From: Lama guanicoe | Taxonomy: Eukaryota | Direction: 5' to 3' | DNA length: 64,000 nucleotides | Assembly: GCA_013239625.1 (NCBI GenBank) | Contig: MU053881.1 | Span: 11,026,873-11,090,872, forward strand | Shown: positions 12,738 to 25,572 of the stretch, in pieces | Layout: each line of letters starts with the position of its first letter | Position numbering within the stretch: position 1 is the stretch's first letter | Translations under genes and position numbers: made by a program | The notes under the pieces: generated by a model | Told to the model about the DNA's origin: nothing | The model's input: only the letters and a program-made list of their open reading frames with translations | Database searches by the model: none

Positions 12738-14857
12738 AGTCTGGAAAGATAGGCTGGATCAAGAACATAGGTCATATTAATATTTTTGGTCTTTATTCTA
12801 AGATAAATAGGAAAAGTTTGAATTGCTTTGTAACTGAGGAGTGACAAGATTTGCTTTGCTCAATTACCATATGTCCCCCATAGATATTAAATTTCAAACA
12901 TTTTATTCCCACATAGACACCCTATATCTTAGTCTATGCCTATAAATATATTTTATGTAGTAGATTTCTAGTAATCTTGAGTAAAATAAAAATAATGATG
13001 GTGATGAGGATGATAACAATAATAATAATATAAAAAGTCTGAGCTGAGTCTTAAAACTCACTGGCTAGATTATTTGACAACATCATTCTAACACCTAAAA
13101 TGGCAGCAATGACAAAATCACTTTTCAGTTTTTCTGAGGTCAGGTGAAATCTTAATAACAGAAACTTGCAGCAACCAATAGCAAATCCACAATGATAGTC
13201 TTATTTCATACCAAAAGATTTATAGAATGACAACAGTTACCCTCAGTATATCATCTTCAAATCTGAAAGACAGTGAAACACGATTTTTAAAAAAATGACT
13301 TAGAATCAAGCTCTTCAGACATTTGAGGCTCTGATATGGCAAAATAGCTCTGATTCAGAGCAATGAAACCAGTCTATTTAACTAAGTGGCAATTACTTTA
13401 GATGAAGAATCCAAGTAATGTATCATGTTTACTTCTAGGTAGCTGGAGACCAATTTAACCTTTAATATTATTTTAAGATTCCAGAAAATTAAGTTAGTGA
13501 GTTAATGACACATTCTCTTTTTCATTCCCTGTACCTTTCATTTAGAGCCTACTGTTAAAACTCAGTGAAATTCATCTCCCTCCATAACCAAAAAGCACTA
13601 CACAAACCATAATCAAAAACATGAAGTCATAAAGTTAAAACCATTTAATCCTATTAAAGCCTCATTAAATCAAGGCAGTATTTATAGGATGGGACTTGAT
13701 TCCCTTGTACACTTGCAAATCTGCAACCTGAGTCAATGTTCACGAATTAATTACCAACTGCACCAAGGGCAGGTGTTTGACTGACACTTCCCTTGATCTC
13801 TTCCCTCAAGGTTACATGCTGTACAGTCATGCAATTCCTTGCCATTAATCCTTAACCCCATTGGAATGTTTGTTTACTTCGCTGAATAAGAGCAAGAGCA
13901 AGAGCTATAAAACAAATATGCAGAGTGCAGAGCAGTGCTTTTCCAGGATAATACTTCCCGTATCAAAATATGTCAGGAAGGAAGGCAATGATAGGCCATG
14001 TCTACTATCTGTGTTAAGAAAAAGAAATCATCATTTTGGAAGACAGAGGTAATTTTTAAAATAGTTTTCACACACAACACTTAAAGCTTCAAGTTGGAAA
14101 TGATAGGATTGTAAAGCTTGAGAATCTTGAACTATTATTTGGCCGAAAGCCTTCATTTTTCAGTTGGGAAACTGAGACACAAGGAAAATTTTGTTTTTCC
14201 AGAGAGATCCAGCCTACTAATAGTCAGGCCAAGTCTAAAAGGCCAAAATCAACTAAATTAGATCGTATTTTTATTCTTTTTTTGTTTGCTGATACTACTC
14301 CAATATAAACCAAGAATTTGACACATGACATTTGTTATTTACGACTTTGTTGACAGGAATGATAAAAACATGTTTAGGTCTTGAATGGCATGTGAATAAT
14401 ACCCTCCTCACAACACTGACAGTGGTCAAGACACAACTTCAAGTTCAGGTTGATGGGTTTTTAACTATCATGTCACCCAAAGCAGCTGAAGGAGTAAGAT
14501 AGTTTTTTGATAAGCTTCTATGTGTCATGCAAAAGCATTTAGTTTTCATTTTTCTTGGCTGCGTTAGCTTTGATTTTTCTTTTCAAACAATGATTCTATA
14601 ACACAGCAAAATGGTTTTGTGGACAACTGAGATCGGAGACTGAAGGTATACTGTCCTATCAAGTACAATATTAAAAATGGCCATCAAATACGCTGCAGTC
14701 TGATGACGGTTTCTAAAACCATAATTGATACATTGTTCAGCTGGATACTCCTGCTCTCCAGACACTGCACAAACAATGATATGAAGCAGGGATTCCAGTT
14801 ACAGAATTTTTTTTAAAGTGCATTCTCCTCCATCTGCTACAAGTATTTAAGTTAGTT

Positions 14858-14874
14858 ATATGTGTGTGTAATGT

Positions 14875-14921
<47 letters not shown>

Positions 14922-14949
14922 GAGATATATATATATAATTATATATATA
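14858..14949. repeat. Compound (TG)n/(TA)n microsatellite with perfect (TG)19 at 14880-14917
   Basis: directly visible. Confidence 0.95.
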
Positions 14950-15689
14950 AAGAAAGAATAGTTTACTCTTCTAGGTATATTACAGAGATCAAAATAGAAA
15001 TAATAAAAACAGTAAGAGGTATATGAATGGATAAATTATAAAATGGTTTAAGGAGAGAATAAATATTTCCAGCAGATCTTTCATCCTGTGAGTATTATTT
15101 TCAATATTAAAGCAAAGCAGAAAACAATAGCAAAATCTCAAGATCTGCTAGTTACTAATTCTAACAATAGAGGAAATTGGTGGGAAAACATTTTAAATGC
15201 TTTTTTAAATGATGGAGAAAATGTATAGGGTATTTCATTTTTAAATTAGTTATTTTAAATATTTAATACTGATCAACGTGCCACTCAAATGGCATGACAA
15301 GTCTAAGCATTTTTTTTCCATATTCAAATCTCCCAATTGTAGAAGTCAAGGATGACAGAAAGCAGCTTATTTATTTATTGACTTATTTCAGTGCAGGGAA
15401 GACGTGGGATCTTCTGAGAAGAATTGCTCACAGATCCATCTCAGTAACTAGAACAAAGATCAAACTTGCCAAATTGCAGTAATGTGATGGGAACCAAGAG
15501 ACCAACTCTGAATGAATGTCAAAGGGAAATCAACAAGCTGATCAAAAATGGCACCTTCATAAGGCTTAGAGTTCCCAAGGACTACAAGACAGAGAGCTGT
15601 GTTTCACATGAGAGTACAGGATGAATGTGTCAGGAATCTAACACTGCAGGTAATAACTCCAGTGTGATCCTTGGCAATACGACATAGAG

Positions 15690-15910
15690 ATGAACGACAC
15701 TGGCTCTGGAACAAGATTAGGTTGGCACTTTGGTCCCACTACTGAATAACTCCCTGTCCTTTCAAGTTCCTTATCCCAGGTCTTAGTTCTCTTCCCCATG
15801 AAAGGCAAACAACAATCGTGCTAAAGGCTCAACAGGAGAGCTGGAGGAGACAATGCATACGAAACACCCAACAGCGTCGCTGAACTGGGGTAGGAGCTTA
15901 ATGAAGGTGA
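15690..15910 (+). mobile_element. MIR SINE
   Basis: cactggctctggaacaagattaggttggc...caagttccttatcccaggtcttagttctcttccccatgaaa...gagacaatgcatacgaaacacccaacag. Confidence 0.6.
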
Positions 15911-18187
15911 GGAAGGTGAGAACTGACATCAGTGAGGAGAATAATGACTCTAATGATCGTGTGGACAAAGGTCCTGTGAGCAAGAGCAGAGAAGCAATTC
16001 TTTCACCAAAATCAGCATTTGAAATAGGAAAAATACATAATAATATTAAAAGGCATTCATGAACGACTCCATTTCTGAAGATGTTTTGTTAATCTTCAGA
16101 CACATCTACAAGACACCTGTCCACAAAAGAGGGAAGCCTATGGGCTATTTCCTCTGAGATCTCACAGAAAAAAAAATCTATGGAAATCAATTATGACAAC
16201 ATACAGCAATTTGTTCTCTGATGCAATTTATTCTACATCAGAAAATAAGTCTACTTTGTATGAATGCTTAGAATAATTTATTAAATTAGCAGAACAATTT
16301 TCTATGCCAATTAATTCTTGGGCTTATTACCCATTACTATGGTGGGAACATTTCTTTTGGACTTTTTTTTTTCTTTTTAATGTAGACAATAGGTATTTCC
16401 AGGAAATTAGTAGCTGGATTCAAACAAAGGTGAAATTGCTAAAGTTACTGGTAGATGAGCTGTTTTGCATAAAGCAACATTACTCCAGGTTCCAAAGTCA
16501 ATCCATTCATCATGGAAAATATGGAATTTATATTACTAAATGATACTGAGCATGTGTACAATTTCACAAGTCAATATTATCAAAAACAAACAAGACAGCT
16601 CCAGTAAAGAATACAGCTTGGGTGCTGAAACATATTAGTTTGATAATGATAGGGAAAGTGTATCATTAGATTAATTGAGCAATTAGAAAAACTCACAGCT
16701 GTGCTTTTTGACAACAGGAGGAAATACTCCCTTCTTTATTAGGAAGATATTTGAAAGAATATTTAAATGGCTGGAAATAATATCTACTCTCTTAGAAAAT
16801 AATCTCGTATGTCCTAATAAAGAAAAAAGAAAAAAAAGAGAAGGAAATAACAACTCCCTTTGAGAGTAACAAGATTTTTGATTTGTATTTTGCCTGGCAG
16901 AGACACAAGCCTACAATTCTACCACCTCATTAGTGGTTCAATTATGACGACCAGTAATAAATATCTTACAACTGAACTAAAGATATGCATATAAAAGTAC
17001 CAATACACAATACATTTTTGTGTATGATTATGAATAAAGAAATAGAAAATCAAGACTATAAAGACAGGGCCTTGATTACTTTCTACAAGAGCTTAGTTTC
17101 TTAGAACACAAGCCCTTTTTTTAATCAGCTTTCACAATAAATACCAGATAAATAAGTGTTTCTGAAAATTACATTTTTGGAGAGTTTATGGTCTGCCTCA
17201 TTAACACAGACACACTTAATGTGTTGTCAAAGGGTACAGCTGGGAATTTCCTATTTGTCTAATTAATCTAATAATATATTTCCCCTATCATTTTCAAACT
17301 GAAACGTTGCTACACTTGAGACTCTCCAAAAGAAAAATCTTGGTTGTCTCAGCCAATGAATAATGGAATGTTAACAGAAGCCTCATTTCTGGTAGACTGA
17401 AGTCCACATCCATAGTGGGGATCTTACTGTGTATTTTAAAGTTGAAATGAAAAAATGTTTTCTAATTTGCCAAAATCTCAATCTCGCAGGTACTACTGTA
17501 TTCACTTCCATGTTTATTATAGCTGAAAATGTATGTTTCCTGAGAAAAGATTAAAAAAGTCTGATGAGGCTGATGTGGTTCTTGGAAAATCCATGGAGAG
17601 AAATGCATGCTTGAGAGTAAACATTGTAGTTACTGGTAAATATTCCTTCAAATAACTTAATAAAAGTTAACTGCAGTCTACCAACCAAATACTCCCTGAT
17701 GTATTTCTCCTCATCAAAACACCTTTATAATTATTATATTAATGTATTTTATTTGAGAACATCTCGGCCTCGCTTCTGTCCCTCCCTGAGGCATGGTTCC
17801 GTTCCTTGATCTGTGCTTTACAAGAACGCAATATTAGAAGAGGTGTTTCATAAAGAGGAAAGTAAATAGAAAACAATGATTCTCTTTGTAAGGTTATACA
17901 GAAAGATGTTCCCTATGAGATTTCATGTTCTGTTTTCCAGACTCAGCCAAATTAGATTTAGAAACTTTTCATTCCTATTTATGAAATTGATGTTTGTTAA
18001 GAAAAATTCTCATGAATATTTATTATGAGTAAAGTGGCACCCTAAAGCAAACATGGTATGTATTTAGTGATCTTGATGCTAAGCCAAAATAATGGGTGCA
18101 AAAAGAAAAAATTCACCTGGTTTGTTTATTTTCACAGCTTGTCAGCTTTTTTGCTCTTTCTCAGTCTAACCTACTAACTTTCTAAAA

Positions 18188-18384
18188 CAGTGGTGGCCAA
18201 GCATTAGTATGTATCAGAATCAGTGAAGAGTTTGATAAAAAAGCACATTACTTGGCCCCTCACCAGAGGATTCAAATTCTCTGTTCCTGGCAGCGAGGCG
18301 GTGGTGGTCAGATTCTAACTTTTTTTTTTTTTTTAATAAGCATTCCAGGTGAATGCAAATCAAGGCATTCTTCTGAGCACACTG
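18188..18384. mobile_element. MER5A-like hAT-Charlie MITE
   Basis: CAGTG...CACTG termini; tgtatcagaatca...taataagcattccaggtga core. Confidence 0.75.
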
Positions 18385-19211
18385 AAACCTCATTTCCAGA
18401 ACCCATTTCCAAAGCATATTTTCCAAATAATTGAGGGGAAAGAAAAGAAGAATGTAGAGGACACTGAAAATAAGTACCAGGGAGCAATACTTAAGGTAAA
18501 TGTATAAAATTGAAACAGACCTTTAAAGCACGTTGACGGAGACAGAAAATTTCCTTTCCATGTCTACATATTTCAAGGGAAAACAGAGCATGCCAACCTC
18601 CTATTTAACTCCCTGTAGCAGGAGGAAAAGTTTATAGACCCAGACTATAGTCTGAACCTCTAACTCCCTCTTGCTCAGAGAATATTCGGAGGGCATTCTG
18701 ACTTGGGTCTTGCCTTGCCAAGCTCCCCTAGTTCTCTGCAGTTTACATAATCTCCTTACTCCTGGCTGTACACACCTCCTCCGGCAAATTCTGAAGGCAG
18801 CTTTCAGATCTTGTACAAAGCCTCCCAGATTTATTACCAGTTTCTCTGCAAGGAGTGATCCTCCTCTCAGCCAAATCCCTGCTGAGTTTTGTGGATATTC
18901 GTGATGGATAAATACAGCATGTGCAGGACAAAGAAAATTTGCTCTTCCAATCACCAGGCTGGATTGCTCAGTTACTGCTGACAGAGGAGGCAGAAATCAT
19001 ACACTCATTTGATCATGCCAGACTCTCTCATGCCTCGGCATGGACTTCACAGGCCAGTTGCCATGTATTAGTATTTTAAGCAGGAAGCAGCTCGACTGGG
19101 GGAGTTGAACAAGGGAACGCTTCCTCTTCCTTTGCATGTTTACATCCTTTTATCTTTTTTTTTTTTTAAATCTAATTCTCCTTCTGAACAGACATGTAGA
19201 GAATGTGTAGG

Positions 19212-19226
19212 AATCCAGATGGCGCT
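19212..19226 (+). promoter_or_regulatory. Candidate CTCF core motif
   Basis: AATCCAGATGGCGCT; the 3' part matches CCAGATGGCGCT exactly, the 5' part diverges. Confidence 0.25.
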
Positions 19227-19789
19227 GGAAAAGTCACCGAGATGAAGATTATGCGGCAAATGCTTATTGTCCCTCCCATACCCACATGCCCAAAAAAGCT
19301 CTAATAGCATTTAAGAAAATATGTGATGCCAAATACCATCGAAAGGACTGACATTCAAAAAGCACCAAAGAAGGCTATTCCGATTTAGATACAAACGTGG
19401 TTGAGTAGTAAGATGAGGCATTGATAATCTCCCAAATCAACCTAACTATATTCATTTTTCCCTTCAAACTCATTTATTTGTATTTATTAACTTTATTGGA
19501 CTGATACATTTAACTTAGATGTTTTTTAGTTTCTTCTGTAGAGGAGATAATTGGATTTAAAAAGTCAAAAAATTAATACGTCATCTTATTTAAAGAAAGA
19601 GACTATTTGTTTTGGTGGAAACACCACAAGGAACAGAATGATTTTCAGTCCTAATCAAATTTTCTTTGCAAGTTCTTTTATGGCAAATGATATCCACTTT
19701 CTCCACCCTCTACTGGCTTGCCCTTACATGGTTTTTCATGGAGAAGAGTAGTAGTGGGGTAAATGTCTACGAAAGATCACTTTTTAGAG

Positions 19790-20091
19790 AAAGGATTTGC
19801 AAACAGCAGCCCTCAGGTCAAACCTCATCTGCTGCCTGGTTTTGTAAATAAAGTTTTATTGAAATACAACCACATCCATTCATTTACTATTCACTACAGC
19901 TGCTTTCAGAATACAATGGCAGAGATGAATCGTTGCAATAGAGATTATGATGTTTGCAAAGCTGAAAATCTTTACGATCTGGCTACTTATAGAAAAAAAG
20001 AAAGAAAGAAAGCAAAGAGAGAAAGAAAGAGAGGGAGACAAAAAAATAAAAGAGAGAAAGGAAAGAGACGAAAAGTCTTTATTAGCTTCTG
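19790..20091 (+). mobile_element. MER58A hAT-Charlie MITE with internal GA-rich expansion
   Basis: ctgcctggttttgtaaataaagttttattgaaatacaaccac...gctgctttc...tacaatggcagag...gcaaagctgaaaatctttacgatctggc; the purine tract at 19991-20070 appears to have grown from its A-run. Confidence 0.85.
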
Positions 20092-22232
20092 CAGAGCCTA
20101 GGAAACTACCTGGCAACTTCACAGACTTCACTGACTTATTTCATGTTCTTTCACCTCAATCTTCCTTTGTTCTGAACTGTGTTCTTTCTTAATTTACTTT
20201 AGCAATGCTCTTTCTACTTTCTACTTAAACTTGGCAACTATTGGTTTCTTTATGTTGTCTTTAGATTTTATGTCACTGAACAGGTCATCAGCAATTGTAT
20301 TTGTGCCAGTTCTTTCTTCTTTAATATTAAAGTAAATATGCCGTTAAGACATTTCCAGTGTTCTAAGAGATACCAGCAAGAGCTCCCAAATACCATGTCT
20401 GGGAAGTTAATTTAGATTAATACATTCACAAAATATATCATGAATCCTTTCTACTTTTCCAGCATCTGTTTGCACAATTTTTAACTTAATTCTGTGCTGT
20501 TGAAAGCCAAGGGTTTCAATTAGCATATATATATATTAGCTATATATATATAGCTGCAATTGAAATATTTTTGTTATTTGGTAGAAGATACAGTGCCTTT
20601 AAGAAACAAGGCCTGAGTTTCCAGATTTAGTCTTGCCAATTCGGTTTATAAACTGCATTCAGTGATGTGGTAAGCCACACTCCTTTTGACCTGTCAATAT
20701 TTAGGTGTGATGTGTGGTGGCCATTTAGGCAGGTTTTCCTTATCAATTTCAAACTTTCTTCCGGCATTACATTTTGTGATCAGGAAATATGGCTTAGTAT
20801 AGCAAATTGTAAGTACATCCTATATGTAATAACTCTGCAGGGACACCTATAGAGGCCAAAAGCTCTGTGAGCTGATCTCAGATATGACTTTGTGGCTTTA
20901 TTTGCTGACTATCTGACAGGGTTAGGAATAAAGAGTAAACAACTTGATTTGTATAAATCCTGCCTACCCATGAGCCAGTATCAGTTTTCCAAACCTTTCT
21001 ACTTCAGAACACAGAAGGATAACAGCCAAGTAAGAGAGTTTATTTAAAAGACTGCCATAAATAGAGGTGTTTGAGATTTTAACATCCAGCTACCTGCCCT
21101 TTGAATTCCTCTGGGTTCTTATTTCCATTAAATCTAACTTTTCTGAAGATTAGCTTAGATTAAATCCTAGAATTGACATTTCAGACACCTGTCCAAGACT
21201 GTACTTAATAAATGATTCAATCCCTCCCTTTGGCATTACTACAATTCATCTCATCTCATGCAGTAAACAGCAAACATACCAAGTAAATTCACCATGCATT
21301 CGCTTAGTTCTGGAAAAGAAAGTTGCACAGAGATTCAATCTGCCAATCTCATTATTTGGATAGAGTGCTTTAAGCTGATGATTGAGTTACCAGGTGACAT
21401 CAAGTACCCATTTACTGGCAGGTGTTAGAATTCACAGTAATGACAGGGTTTGTGATGGGGAGCAGGAATTCTTGCACGCCGATGCCCGTGTGAAACTTGG
21501 CCTGCCTTCCAGCCCTGCCTTAACTGTGCCCACGTGGAATTCAGCAGGATAGAGGGCACCAGCCTCTCAGCCCACTCACCCCTCACTGGAGCGGGTGGAA
21601 AGAGCTGCTCTCTCTTACGCGGTGGGAGTTAGAACCATTGAACTTGGAGAAGCGGTGATAGAAAACAAAAACAAAAACAAAAAACAGATACTGCTGGTTC
21701 ATTCCAAGGAGGCACTCTGGACATTATTATGTCTCTTTCATTCATTTCTCTTTGATTTGTTGTGCCTGCTCTCAAGGTGAACTCCTAAGAGGAATATGAC
21801 TCTCTTAAAAGTTGATTGGGAATCAGACAAATTTGTGACTTGCGTGTGGGTAGAAGCCCTGCTGTTTCCCGTTCCTAGCAAGGTGAGCTGGACCCCACTT
21901 TGTCCATTTATAAAAAGAAAGGGTTATATTAGATCTTCTCTGAAGTCTGCTTTTAGAGCTAATAATCTAACAGTTATTTTTTTCCTGCCTCATATAGAAC
22001 AATGTGCTATTATTTTCACCTTCTAAATGACTCCCACAGTCTAAAGAGATCTCTGCTACCTGGTTCCCACCTCTTCTCAAGCTCATTTCTTACTTACTCC
22101 CTGTCCTCACTTCACTCCAGTCAGAGTGGCCTTGCTACTCTCTTGCTCATGTTCTTGGCATGTGCAGTTCCTCTAACTAGAATGTTTTTCCCTCACATTC
22201 CCCTCAGAGATGCACTTCCTGGCCAGCCAATC

Positions 22233-23327
22233 TATCTGAGTTTACATTTTTCCCAAAGGCAGACCCCAAGACAGGGACTCAGGTATAAATGTTCATTCGG
22301 GAGGTAAAGGGAAACAGGGCTACAAGTGTGAGCAACTGATACAGGCAAAGAACAGAGCCCATGCAGAGTGTGTGATTAAGCCAGCCACCACTGCGGGCCA
22401 ACGGTACGCAATCCCGTAGAAAAACTCTGGAAAATCGCTTGGAAAATGCTTTGGAGTTATCCCTTCATGAAAGCTGAGGTCGTGGAGGATGCTTGTAGAT
22501 CAGCACTTGAAAATTACTGGTTGACAGCTGTTCTGAGGGGTGTTAATTCCCCTCCACCTCAGTTTGATAGAGCAGGCAGAGAGCTAGATGTGAGCAGAGA
22601 AAGGGGGTCAAGGGCCAAAGGGCAGGAAACTATACATCTTGTGAACAATGGGGGGTCCATGATCAGACAGAGAAAAGCAGGAACCTCCAGAATGATAAGA
22701 AATCACACATTTTGGGGAGACAAGTGTCTTGCAGGCAGACAAAGAAAGGAGGGAGAAGTCAGAAATCTCTGTGTCTGAATGTAACCTCTTGCTTACTATG
22801 CCCTCATTGCAATAAAATTAGCCTTGCAGATTAGAAGAACCCATCATGCACTGATACCATGACACTTCCGATCCAGACTAAACAAGGACGAAAAACCCTC
22901 CTCCCCTTGGGAAGGTGGAACTGGGATGAAAATCAGGGAATGTGACCCCCAAACCCTTCCTTCCCAATGAATATTCTGCTCATTTATTTTTACACCCTAT
23001 GTAACCAACTTGCCAAAGAAACTCCTCCAGCTGCTCACCTGAGCCTGCCTTCTCGCCCCTTGAGAGAATAGTATCGATAGCTTAATAAATTCTTGCTTTA
23101 ATTTCTTGACCTCTGAGTCTCATCTCTGAATTTTTTCTGTGACAAGACCAGAACCTACTTGCAGGTAGCAAGTTCTGCCTTGTTCTGGGACAGAGCAGCC
23201 TTCCTTTGACTTCACAAAAAGCCCAAAGACAAAAACATACAGATACTAGTAGCTGGAGGTGGGCCTGATCCTACTGAAGTGGTCAGACCCAGGAGGTATG
23301 TGCAAGGTACTGACAACACCTGCTCTG
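22233..23327 (-). mobile_element. LTR16-like ERVL LTR, split by a younger solo LTR
   Basis: ttcccaaaggcagaccccaagacagggactcagg...caccactgcgggccaac...ggagttatccc...tggttgacagctgttctgagggg; resumes at 23171 and ends ...tgacaacacctgct. Confidence 0.75.
22565..23170 (+). mobile_element. Intact ERV1-class solo LTR, 606 bp, probably lineage-specific
   Basis: TGATA...TAGCA termini; exact 4 bp TSD AGTT at 22561-22564 and 23171-23174; AATAAA at 23084-23089; U5 end gacaagaccagaacc; host LTR16 rejoins across it. Confidence 0.9.
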
Positions 23328-23445
23328 CTGTTTAAAACAGCGTCTTCCCCCACACCACTGTCTCTGCTTACACAGTTACTCTTTTTCCTCATAATTCTTA
23401 CCACATCCGAAGATGATGTTACAGATGCATTTATTTATTTTGATC

Positions 23446-23675
23446 GGCAATTTATTATAGTACTTGAAAGAATAAACCCCAAAGCCAGGCTGCCTAATTT
23501 TGGGACCCAGCCCAGTGCTCTACTAGTTGTGTATGACTAGTCCTCAATTTACTCCATAATAGTAGAAGCTTCCTTAGTGGATGTTGCAAAGTTTAAATTA
23601 GTGGTTTTGTATAAAGTCTGGGAACAGTGTCCGGGACACAGTATGCACTCACTTTACCTGTGTTAGCTATTACAG
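23446..23675 (+). mobile_element. MIR SINE inserted in L2
   Basis: aaagccaggctgcctaattttgggacccagcccagtgctcttactagttgtgt...gtataaagtctgggaacagtgtccgggacacagta. Confidence 0.7.
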
Positions 23676-23959
23676 TAATAATTCGTATTTTATGTTAGCT
23701 ATTATTGTAATAATTTGCATACTGTCTGTCTACCCTCAAGAATAAAGGCTTCATGCAGGATCAAACTTTTTTTTTGTCCTGTTCATTGTTATTCCCCAGG
23801 GTTCAGCCAAGCAACATAATAGTTGCTCAATATATATTTGCTAATTGAAACAATGAATGGAAGATACTTCTCCACGAATTCAATTTTAAAGACTAATATC
23901 TCACTCTACTTCCTCCCAAAACTCATCTTCAAGTAGTTAATTTCAATTCCCTATTGGCT

Positions 23960-24210
23960 TTCTAAGATTCAGTTCAAAAGTCTCCCACTTTTCTAGGAAT
24001 CCTACCCTGACTTCCTCCTTTCTCTCCAAACCTCCTAGTAGCCTCTCCCTCAGACTTTGTTCATTCTGCCTTCATCACACGCTGTTGCTATGATTTGCTG
24101 ACTTGAGCCTTCCTTGAGGTTGGAGAATGTATTACAGTTGAGGTTTTGTCCCTAAGCACCCAGCGAAATAGCAGATGCTCAATAAATACTTGTAGAAGGA
24201 ATGAATAAAT
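23960..24210 (+). mobile_element. L2 3' end
   Basis: tgtccctaagcacccagcgaaatagcagatgctcaataaatacttgtagaaggaatgaataaat. Confidence 0.7.
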
Positions 24211-24264
24211 ATGCCCTGCTACTGGTTTCAAGACATGGCAACTAATTCTTCAAATCCTGTCTAG

Positions 24265-24279
24265 GTCGCCCTCTGGTGT
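24265..24279 (-). promoter_or_regulatory. Candidate CTCF core motif (best match in window)
   Basis: minus strand ACACCAGAGGGCGAC versus CCACCAGRGGGCGC, CpG retained; motif match only. Confidence 0.4.
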
Positions 24280-25506
24280 GTAAAGAGTAGTCAACCTAGG
24301 ATCTTAAAAACTAAGATGCCAGTCTTACTTCCAGAAAATCTGAAAAAGCCATGAAAGGACGAACCTTTTGTGTGCCGTGGCTACTGTGGCGAACCACCGA
24401 CACCAGAATAGAGGGTCATCAGAAACTTCTTCTATTGCAACATGTTGTTATAAAGAAACAAAGAAATGTAACTTTAAGTGGAGAATAAGAAATCACTCTG
24501 CTCTTATTCATGGAGTCACTCACTTCACAGGGAAAACAAAAACGTCTAAGTTACTGCACCCTGATGGGATTCTTTGTCCCCGCACCCACCCCAGGTTCAC
24601 TTAGTGACTGACCAGCAGGCAAAACTGATGTGGTGAAAAGATCCTAGAACAGAAGCATTATGGCCCTAAGTATTGCCCATTTTTCTCTTTAAAACATCTT
24701 TTGTTGTTGTTTCAATTAACTAATTTAAACAATCAGAAATGACCCTGAATTTTTCATCTATATTCTGTCAAATAAGCTAAGTATTATGTTTCCACATGCT
24801 AGATATATGTTACCCATATCTGGAGAAGCTACAGGTTTAATTCACAGATGACAAGTCTCCATGAAATCTGTGACTACCCAGGGAATAAACACATCACGGT
24901 AACGTGGCATCAACACCAACAAAAAAAGATGAAACCTGGGACAAATATTTTGAAATCTCCTCATAACCATGATTCAGTTGAAAATGACTCTTCTCTCAGA
25001 AATCAGAAAGTTTGGTTAGTTGTTAATTTGTTTCACACATAATTTTGTTTTTAATTTATGAAGTGAAAAGCAAGAACATTTGTATCAATTGAAAAAAATA
25101 AAGCATGTGCTTCTGAAACAAGGAGGCTAAAATGCTCTGACTTCACTCCCTTTAGGCAACCTGATAATCCCCAATTTATTATGAAATGTTTCTTCTAGCT
25201 AGTTTATTTCTAATTGGGCTCCATTGTGTGTTTAGTTCCTAGAGGGGTAGAGAAATTGTCTGATCTCCACACTGGCTACTCTTCATCTCCAGCTTCCCAC
25301 ACCAATTGTCCTTGTCCTGCCTTGTTGTAATACTTGTTCATTAGTTCCATATTCTCAGCCTCATTATAAATTCTTCTGGTATTTCTGCCAATCAACTCTG
25401 ACACATTTTTGCCTTATTTTTTTCTTAAAATTACTATGTACTCGGGGAAAAAATAAGTAGAAGTGTCTACATCTTACTGTCCTCTAGGTTAAGTTATTTT
25501 ATTATT

Positions 25507-25572
25507 TTCTTCCTTCTTTCCTCCCTTCCTCCCTCCCTCCCTCCCTCTCTCTCTTCCTTCCTTCCTTACTTC
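25507..25572. repeat. (TTCC)n/(CCCT)n polypyrimidine simple repeat
   Basis: directly visible. Confidence 0.9.

Larger units (their letters stand above)
22020..23860 (+). mobile_element. L2 host element in pieces (about 22020-22232, 23328-23445, 23720-23860), split by LTR16 and MIR
   Basis: cacttcactccagtcagagtggccttgc...gcagttcctctaactagaatg; 3' end tgtcctgttcattgttattccccaggg...tagttgctcaatatatatttg. Confidence 0.7.

Noticed and set aside
14583..14765. Minus-strand ORF after an acceptor-like tttgtgcAG
   Set aside because: Stops in all frames within 60 codons, no good donor, no recognisable homology.
18601..18954. Three overlapping ORFs on both strands
   Set aside because: Slightly higher GC lowers the stop frequency; no recognisable domain or convincing splice-site pair.
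19991..20070. Lys/Arg/Glu-rich ORF tails suggesting a charged protein
   Set aside because: Translation of a GA-rich simple-repeat expansion within MER58A.
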